Source: a virus
Direction: 5' to 3' (one strand)
Virus record (IMG/VR): IMGVR_UViG_3300032431_000019
Span: 1-42,174 of that record
Length of the DNA: 42,174 nucleotides
Shown here: one piece after another, positions 16,525 to 22,100 of the stretch
Position numbering within the stretch: position 1 is the stretch's first letter
Layout of the letters: the number at the start of each line of letters is the position of its first letter
The notes under the pieces: generated by a model
What the model was told of the DNA's origin: nothing
The model's input: the letters and a program-made list of their open reading frames with translations, nothing else
Database searches by the model: none
Made by a program: the position numbers and the translations under genes

Positions 16525-16698
16525 TTAAGAATAGGCTAGATCCCAGATATTTTCTAAACCCTCATAAGAAATGTAGCACATCATCACATCGTCAAAATCT
16601 CCCAGATCCTCGATTTTGTCGTATGTATCAAGCTTGTCGCAAGAGTGACTAGCTCTAAGATATTGAATGTAATAGGCAAGAAGTAAGTAGTAAATCAC
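16525..16698 (-). CDS. Possible small acidic early protein (57 aa, GTG start)
   Basis: It is not in the ORF track because it is under 60 aa. It reads VIYYLLLAYYIQYLRASHSCDKLDTYDKIEDLGDFDDVMMCYISYEGLENIWDLAYS. It is co-oriented with the operon and followed by a terminator. It has no Shine-Dalgarno. Confidence 0.35.
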   Translation of the reverse strand: MIYYLLLAYYIQYLRASHSCDKLDTYDKIEDLGDFDDVMMCYISYEGLENIWDLAYS

Positions 16699-16732
16699 GA
16701 TTGTAGTTATAAGGTTTGTTAGAAGGAAGGAA

Positions 16733-16752
16733 GGGTATAGGCGGCTATACCC
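16733..16752. repeat. Intergenic palindromic hairpin GGGTATAG-GCGG-CTATACCC (copy)
   Basis: An 8-bp perfect inverted repeat with a 4-nt centre. A 23-nt block (agggtataggcggctatacccta) is identical to 17084-17106. It lies 10 nt after the stop of 16762-17049. Confidence 0.85.
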
Positions 16753-16761
16753 TAAGGAAGA

Positions 16762-17049
16762 TTAAACGTAATAGTCTTGAATGACAGATAGACAAAACTC
16801 AAGCGCTTCTTGCATAGAGTCAATTACAACCATTGTATGTCTACCATCTTTAGCCTTTACAAATAAAGAAACATCACGGTCAAGACTAACCATGTTGTTA
16901 GATGTATTGAATTTAGACGCAATATCAAAGCGCTTAGCAAGCTTAGCTAACACAAAGTCTACAGCCTTAATGCAACTGTCAGTAGTTAAAGTAGCTACAT
17001 CTAATGGTTCAAGTGTGAATACTGTAGATTGTACTTTTTGATTAATCAT
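16762..17049 (-). CDS. Hypothetical early protein (95 aa), paralog of 15868-16104
   Basis: See the paralog block above. ATG start with the leader caacaaattaca. Confidence 0.7.
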   Translation of the reverse strand: MINQKVQSTVFTLEPLDVATLTTDSCIKAVDFVLAKLAKRFDIASKFNTSNNMVSLDRDVSLFVKAKDGRHTMVVIDSMQEALEFCLSVIQDYYV

Positions 17050-17084
17050 TGTAATTTGTTGATAGTGATTTTTAGAAGTAGAGA

Positions 17085-17104
17085 GGGTATAGGCGGCTAT
17101 ACCC
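17085..17104. repeat. Intergenic palindromic hairpin GGGTATAG-GCGG-CTATACCC (copy)
   Basis: Identical to 16733-16752. It lies 11 nt after the stop of the ParB-like gene. Confidence 0.85.
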
Positions 17105-17114
17105 TATTGGATTG

Positions 17115-18008
17115 TTAGCCTAACTTGCGACTGAACAAAGTTGCTTTAGCATTGCGTTTAGCCTGTTTCTTTTGGGGTGCTTCTTGTACCTCTAAACCCA
17201 ATTCAGCGATGATGGAGTCAACAACTACATTGGATGAGCGCTGTACAGCGGTCACGTTTGAAACCTTACACGCGGTTTCAATGCTGGACAACATTGAGTC
17301 CATAAGGTCACAGATTTCTGCAAAGCTGTAGTGCATCTTGACGCAAGCGCTGTAGAATGTACCGCCTATACCTTGGACTGTGGTGATAGAGCGTTCTCCA
17401 AACTCGTTAGCAGTGTATGAAAACCAACAAGCGTTGGAATAGCCATCTTTCTTGGACAAGATGTTTTCACGCGCCGCTCTCAGACAGTCGTTGCAGTTAG
17501 GCTCTACACCATACTTGGCAAGCTTGAACCCCGCTGTCTCCCCTTTTGTCACAGAGCGCGATCCGTTGCTAGTCAATACCATGCTCATCGCAAGACCGAT
17601 AGAGTCAGGACGGAACAAGACAACGTTAATCAATGTATCCATTGATAAACCGTATCGCGTTAGCTCAAACAGAGCGCTTATTCTATGTCTACCAGATACG
17701 GCATAATAGGTATCATCTACAACAGCAACAAAGATAGGTTGCTGAAGTACACCTGAAACCAAGAAACCGCCTGAAGTGTCAAATAACACTTTCTGGATTT
17801 TAGAATCAGAAATGTCTGCTTGCATACCCAAGTCAGCTACATTTCGCATAGCACCAAGCAAATCAGTTAGCGCCATCAAGTCAGACACAAAGTCAATTTG
17901 GTATTGACTGAAGTCAGCGCTCATCGCTGCACATTCTGACTTGATGATTGCGATTTGTTCAGCGCTGTAGGTAGCGAAGGTTTCTTTAGTCGTTAGTGAT
18001 TCAGACAT
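17115..18008 (-). CDS. ParB/Srx-superfamily (ParB-like nuclease domain) protein; basic C-terminal tail ending KATLFSRKLG
   Basis: The segment FVAVVDDTYYAVSGRHRISALFEL matches the ParB N-terminal-domain GxxR / DGQHR-like box. It is an early-arm ATG ORF. Confidence 0.6.
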   Translation of the reverse strand: MSESLTTKETFATYSAEQIAIIKSECAAMSADFSQYQIDFVSDLMALTDLLGAMRNVADLGMQADISDSKIQKVLFDTSGGFLVSGVLQQPIFVAVVDDTYYAVSGRHRISALFELTRYGLSMDTLINVVLFRPDSIGLAMSMVLTSNGSRSVTKGETAGFKLAKYGVEPNCNDCLRAARENILSKKDGYSNACWFSYTANEFGERSITTVQGIGGTFYSACVKMHYSFAEICDLMDSMLSSIETACKVSNVTAVQRSSNVVVDSIIAELGLEVQEAPQKKQAKRNAKATLFSRKLG

Positions 18009-18083
18009 TGGAGTTAATTTCCGTGATAGTTGGTTACTGGAGTATAACCATATATGTACCGTTTGCTAGACGATACAGTATGG

Positions 18084-18323
18084 TTAGACTTGCGATAGAG
18101 TGATTAAAGCACTGATAATCATCATGCATTGCTTATAGCTGTGACATAAGTCTATACACTTCACAATGTCAATTGTTGGTTGATATTTTGTTGAAACGTG
18201 CATACCAATCACCACATATTCCATAAGATGCTTGGCTAAATTTTCTTTCTTCTGTGCGTTCATCGCATCTATAGCAGTACTGATAGAGTTATGGCATTGA
18301 ATGTAGCTATTAATAGATTGCAT
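18084..18323 (-). CDS. Hypothetical early protein (79 aa)
   Basis: ATG ORF with the leader caggtaacaacca and no Shine-Dalgarno. Confidence 0.55.
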   Translation of the reverse strand: MQSINSYIQCHNSISTAIDAMNAQKKENLAKHLMEYVVIGMHVSTKYQPTIDIVKCIDLCHSYKQCMMIISALITLSQV

Positions 18324-18353
18324 TGGTTGTTACCTGTAATTGGTTATGAGAGT

Positions 18354-18382
18354 AGTAAAGCAGAAGTGAGAATGAATGTCAA
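18354..18382 (-). promoter_or_regulatory. Weak candidate promoter TTGACA-17-TTTACT
   Basis: The -35 TTGACA (18377-18382) sits in the decamer aatgtcaagc, which is shared with promoter 18563-18591. The -10 is poor. Confidence 0.3.
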
Positions 18383-18537
18383 GCAATTGTGATTTGAATT
18401 TTGTTAGTTGGTTGATGGTGACATGGCATCAGAAAAGAAGGATACCAGTATCGCGCCTCTACAATTTTATACACAATACGGATATGTAGCGCTTTACGAG
18501 TGTAGTTAATAGCTCTAGCTGTTTTATGTGTGTTCAT
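18379..18537 (-). CDS. Possible first early gene (52 aa, basic)
   Basis: It is not in the track because it is under 60 aa. The ATG at 18537 lies about 25 nt downstream of the -10 of promoter 18563-18591. It reads MNTHKTARAINYTRKALHIRIVYKIVEARYWYPSFLMPCHHQPTNKIQITIA. Confidence 0.4.
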   Translation of the reverse strand: MNTHKTARAINYTRKALHIRIVYKIVEARYWYPSFLMPCHHQPTNKIQITIA

Positions 18538-18562
18538 GTCGGTTGGTTTGGTTTACCTAATT

Positions 18563-18591
18563 AATGTAGTTCCTTATTGGCGCAATGTCAA
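18563..18591 (-). promoter_or_regulatory. Sigma70-type early promoter TTGACA-17-TACATT
   Basis: The minus strand reads gcgcTTGACAttgcgccaataaggaacTACATTaatt. The -35 is at 18586-18591 and the -10 at 18563-18568. It is the outermost promoter of the minus-strand arm. Confidence 0.7.
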
Positions 18592-18753
18592 GCGCTAACC
18601 TAGTTTAGATTGTTATTGTGTAGCTGTAACGATTGGTGAGTATAGGTTGTAGGTAGTAAATATTGTTTGTGTGATGTGTGGTAACAGGTCTGAATTGGTA
18701 AACCTATTAAGCCTCACACATAACTATCATAACTCCCATTAAGGAATTGCACC

Positions 18754-18821
18754 CACACACACAGTATTAATCGCACTCGCGCACGCGCACACATATGCAG
18801 ACACGCGCGCGTATATGTACG
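18754..18821. repeat. Alternating purine-pyrimidine (Z-DNA-prone) tracts
   Basis: The tracts are (CA)5 at 18754-18763, a perfect 22-nt RY alternation at 18778-18799 (cgcgcacgcgcacacatatgca) and a 21-nt alternation at 18801-18821 (acacgcgcgcgtatatgtacg). Confidence 0.85.
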
Positions 18822-18900
18822 AACACGAATTTTGTGTAAATAAAATATGATGAAAATGTTGTAAAGTTTGTGAAGTAAATTGTTCGTAGGGGGAAACGGC

Positions 18901-18921
18901 TAACTACTAACTACTAACTAG
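18901..18921. repeat. Tandem heptamer iteron TAACTAC x3
   Basis: The sequence ggcTAACTACTAACTACTAACTAgat was read directly. Confidence 0.85.
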
Positions 18922-18930
18922 ATATCCTTA

Positions 18931-18954
18931 AAATTTATGTGAAAATTTATGTGA
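18931..18954. repeat. Tandem 12-bp direct repeat AAATTTATGTGA x2
   Basis: The sequence aaatttatgtgaaaatttatgtga was read directly. Confidence 0.9.
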
Positions 18955-18962
18955 AAAATAAC

Positions 18963-18998
18963 TACACCACCTCAATTCTTACACCATCTCTTTACACC
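18963..18998. repeat. Three spaced TACACC boxes
   Basis: The boxes are cTACACCa at 18963, tTACACCa at 18980 and tTACACCc at 18993, spaced by 17 and 13 nt. Confidence 0.6.
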
Positions 18999-19178
18999 CT
19001 CATATAGAGGCGCGACAGCGCCAGTGAACAGTCATGAACTACTGTCTTCTATTATATTATATTAAGGCTCCGCTTTTACCATTGTCTTAGTATACTCTTT
19101 ATATAGATAGTGGGTATATAGTAATCGATTGTAACAATTGTTTACACTCACAATCAATGGAGTGGTACAACATACACT

Positions 19179-19574
19179 ATGACAGCCGTATGCAATGAGT
19201 ATAAAAATATGAGCAATGCGCAGAGCATTTACAACGCTATCGTCCAGAAGCAACAAATTGAAGAGGTCGAGCTTGCAGTCGAAGATTACAAGCTGCTCGT
19301 CAAGAAGGCGCACCAAGGACACATTTACGGTAGAACAACACACCCAAGTAGAGAGGCAAAGGAATTAGATGGGCATGGGAACTCCAGCACCGATGGTGAG
19401 TGGTCCGACACAAGCGGAACTCGACCAGAGACAGAGGCAATTCGACGTGACGACATCGATGCAGCGCGAGAGTCAGGCGCAACAGATGGGATTGCAGGAA
19501 CGACAGTTGGTGCTCCAAAGAGAGGCGCAAAACCGTCAGTTGGAGGCGCAGCAAAGAGAGGTGCAAATCGCTGA
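19179..19574 (+). CDS. Questionable first late ORF (131 aa); only the N-terminal approximately 60 aa look protein-like
   Basis: The ATG has GGAGTGG 13 nt upstream. The last 206 nt overlap the better-supported ORF 19369-19794 in another frame, and there the translation becomes low complexity. Confidence 0.3.
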   Translation: MTAVCNEYKNMSNAQSIYNAIVQKQQIEEVELAVEDYKLLVKKAHQGHIYGRTTHPSREAKELDGHGNSSTDGEWSDTSGTRPETEAIRRDDIDAARESGATDGIAGTTVGAPKRGAKPSVGGAAKRGANR

Positions 19575-19794
19575 CAACGGTAGTCGGCGCAACACTCTCT
19601 TGCAGCGGTCGGCTAATATGGCAGCATCAAACGATGCTTCGCTGTTTGGCAGTATGCAAGGTGAGCAGTCGGCGCTGACTTCTAACGTTTCTAACACAGC
19701 GAAGGAAAAACAGAAGAAGGTTTCTGCTACGTCGAATGATGACAGAACAAATCTTATAAGTTCACTCACCCGCGCTCGGAGTATATATGGCTAA
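19369..19794 (+). CDS. Gln-rich coiled-coil protein (141 aa), probable virion or assembly protein
   Basis: AAGGA lies 5 nt upstream of the ATG. Q/E/R heptad-like repeats resemble the Q-rich protein at 32611-33678. Confidence 0.65.
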   Translation: MGMGTPAPMVSGPTQAELDQRQRQFDVTTSMQRESQAQQMGLQERQLVLQREAQNRQLEAQQREVQIADNGSRRNTLLQRSANMAASNDASLFGSMQGEQSALTSNVSNTAKEKQKKVSATSNDDRTNLISSLTRARSIYG

Positions 19795-20266
19795 CATTGC
19801 CGATTCTACAGGTTCACAGATTGGAGAGGCAATTCGTAATAGTGCGCCTACTCGTCTCACATGGACAGGCTTCACTGATAATGCGACTGCTAAGGAAATT
19901 TTCCTTATCTCGGCGGACAACCCTGCCTCTGGTGGTAGGTTAATTATTCCGCTCAATTGTGTAATTGTCGCTGAGGGTTTACTCGCAGCATATAACGTCA
20001 CAGATAACAACGTGTTTGCAATAGGTCGACTTGCTGTCGGAGTTACCAATTTAGCTAATACAGTTGCCGCTAGCGGTGTAACTCTTGAATGGGATGCGGC
20101 TGCAACTGACGCTAACCCATTCGTACAGTACTTTGTTGGTGCTGCTCCTGCTGTGGCAATCACTTACAACAACACCACAAAGTCGCTCGTTGTGACCGTT
20201 ACTGGCTTGGCGGCGAAGCGCATCAATTGGCGCGTCACTATGCAATTGCAGACTGCTGGTTCTTAA
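19787..20266 (+). CDS. Beta-rich structural protein (159 aa), fibre- or decoration-like
   Basis: GGAG lies 5 nt upstream. Composition is rich in Ala, Thr, Val, Asn and Gly. It is followed by a strong hairpin (20277-20296). Confidence 0.65.
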   Translation: MANIADSTGSQIGEAIRNSAPTRLTWTGFTDNATAKEIFLISADNPASGGRLIIPLNCVIVAEGLLAAYNVTDNNVFAIGRLAVGVTNLANTVAASGVTLEWDAAATDANPFVQYFVGAAPAVAITYNNTTKSLVVTVTGLAAKRINWRVTMQLQTAGS

Positions 20267-20276
20267 GCAAAATTAT

Positions 20277-20305
20277 GCGGTGGCACACGTCACCGCCTTT
20301 CTATT
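20277..20305 (+). terminator. Hairpin plus U-rich tail (attenuator or partial terminator)
   Basis: GCGGTGGC-acac-GTCACCGC (8 bp including one G-U pair) is followed by CTTTCTATT. It lies between 19787-20266 and 20306-20887. Confidence 0.5.
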
Positions 20306-20887
20306 ATGGGTGTAAAATCCGCACAGCAAATTTACAACGAAACGAGAGCAGACAGATTCAACACTCAAAATCTGCCACCTATACTAACAAAGTCAAATTG
20401 CTTTCGTTCGACAGCAATAATACAACGTGCTAACAATTTAACTGCTTACACGTTTGCTGCTTCACCAGAGTCAGGCGACCAGTATGGCGCAACAATGTTG
20501 TTAGAGAATTTTGGCACTCCAAATTCATTTGTCCTTCTGTTGGGTATCGAAATAACAATGAATATTGTTACGCCGATTCCTGCAACTTTAGGTACTGCAA
20601 AGCTCTACTTGTTTTCAGAAACACCAAACCCTGCAAGAGTTGATAATGACGTGTTTGCGCTACCACTTGGCGATAGTAATAATTGTCTCACGAAGGATGG
20701 TATTCCGTTCACGTTTCGCGCTGCTACTGGTGGTGGCTCATGTGTTGCTGTAGTTAATGATACAAGACGCTTAATGTTTGTTCCTGCAACTGGTAATGTA
20801 TTTGCTTGTATTGTATTAGGTACTGCATTAATACCAAATGCCGTCAGTGAGTCAGGTGTGCTCACCACTATTACCTTGGAGGCATAG
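20306..20887 (+). CDS. Beta-rich structural protein (193 aa), possible receptor-binding or fibre component
   Basis: ATG ORF with jelly-roll-like composition and no recognised motif. Confidence 0.6.
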   Translation: MGVKSAQQIYNETRADRFNTQNLPPILTKSNCFRSTAIIQRANNLTAYTFAASPESGDQYGATMLLENFGTPNSFVLLLGIEITMNIVTPIPATLGTAKLYLFSETPNPARVDNDVFALPLGDSNNCLTKDGIPFTFRAATGGGSCVAVVNDTRRLMFVPATGNVFACIVLGTALIPNAVSESGVLTTITLEA

Positions 20888-21694
20888 GTGAGAAACATAA
20901 TGAAGCTTTTGCTGCTTCCTGTAATCACAAATTTTGCTCTTCCCGCTTCACTTATCCTAGACACGTTATCAGTCGCCGCCATCGCCATTTACTCTTTGCG
21001 GTTAATGCGTGGCGCGTACACTGGTTTCTGCATAAGAGTACGGCGCTCTAGCGATAACACTGAGCAAAACATTGGCTTTGTTGCTGGCGTAATTGATACC
21101 GTCGCACTACTAGCTTTTGTCGGCGCGGGTAACGGATTTATCGTTACTTGGTATGACCAGTCGGTTAATGCGAGAAATGCTACGCAAGCAACGGCGGCGC
21201 TGCAACCAAGGATAGTTAATGCTGGCGTTTTAGAAGTTAGGAATACCAAACCAACCGCCTTTTTTGATAGACCCGCTAGCAACTCTCTATCAATAGGAGT
21301 TGTGGGTTCTTTTGATATAGGCACTTTAGTGGCAGTCGCTAGTTATAATGCCGCAACTTTTGCTAGTTTTGACGGATGCTTTACAGGTAGTAATAGTTCT
21401 CCAGCCCGAGCTATTTCAGGCTCTGCTGGAACTACTAGCCTACTTTCGTTTGGTACTCATTTTGTTAACGGTATTTCGACTTTAGTATTATCTATGAATA
21501 GTATTTTAGACGTAATGACTGTAACTAACACTGTTGCGGCTTCTACTAACTTATTTATTGGGATAGACAGGTCAGTTAGTCCCAGAAATTGGAATGGCTC
21601 AATCTCTGAATGTGTCGCTTTTGCAACAGAGTTATCCACAGCAGATCGCCAATTGCTAGAGGCAAACCAAAAAGCCTATTACGGTACACCATAA
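20888..21694 (+). CDS. Fibre-like protein with a probable ConA/LamG-type lectin fold (268 aa; alternative start ATG 20900)
   Basis: The N-terminal signature AIYSLRLMRGAYTGFCIRVRRSSDNTEQNIGF ... VTWYDQS ... QATAALQPRIV recalls the AYSLRkL...VRRssD...WYDQSG module seen in phage fibre proteins. This is from memory and unverified. Confidence 0.55.
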   Translation: MRNIMKLLLLPVITNFALPASLILDTLSVAAIAIYSLRLMRGAYTGFCIRVRRSSDNTEQNIGFVAGVIDTVALLAFVGAGNGFIVTWYDQSVNARNATQATAALQPRIVNAGVLEVRNTKPTAFFDRPASNSLSIGVVGSFDIGTLVAVASYNAATFASFDGCFTGSNSSPARAISGSAGTTSLLSFGTHFVNGISTLVLSMNSILDVMTVTNTVAASTNLFIGIDRSVSPRNWNGSISECVAFATELSTADRQLLEANQKAYYGTP

Positions 21695-21697
21695 ATT

Positions 21698-22099
21698 ATG
21701 TTCATACCAGTATCAAACCTAGAACGCGCCAAAGAATTAAGCGAAAAGCTATATAGCTTATCGCGCCCAAATCCTAGCCCCGATGACGTTACAACATCGC
21801 TAATTAGTTGGATAGTCAACCCTACTGATGGACGGGTAATGGCAGACATTCCTGATGGTATTCGCTTACCCGTAGCTGTCGCGAGTGACCCTAAGATACT
21901 CGCAACGCTATTACAACCGTTTGTAATCGCGGGTAAAATAACGGCGGCTGATGTAATCGCAGTCGAGACTAAACTAACGCAGGACAAAGGCAATAGCGTT
22001 TTATTGACTGACATCTTGCCTAATTTCTGGCTCAATGAAGCGCAGACTTTTGAACAACTAAAAGCGGATGGCTGGTTCTTCGACCCTCTGAGTTTTTAA
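21698..22099 (+). CDS. Hypothetical protein (133 aa) in the position of a small terminase subunit
   Basis: It lies immediately upstream of, and is tightly coupled to, TerL. No DNA-binding motif was recognised. Confidence 0.45.
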   Translation: MFIPVSNLERAKELSEKLYSLSRPNPSPDDVTTSLISWIVNPTDGRVMADIPDGIRLPVAVASDPKILATLLQPFVIAGKITAADVIAVETKLTQDKGNSVLLTDILPNFWLNEAQTFEQLKADGWFFDPLSF

Positions 22100-22100
22100 A

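Noticed and set aside
16458-16652. 64-aa plus-strand ORF (TTG start) in the early-arm intergenic region
   Set aside because: The start lies 4 nt after the -10 of the only possible promoter. The product is highly basic and odd. The ORF runs through a minus-strand terminator and opposes a more plausible co-oriented small ORF.
19062-19343. 93-aa minus-strand ORF in the divergent hub
   Set aside because: It would be transcribed away from any promoter. It overlaps the first late ORF and its composition is Cys/Leu-rich and odd.
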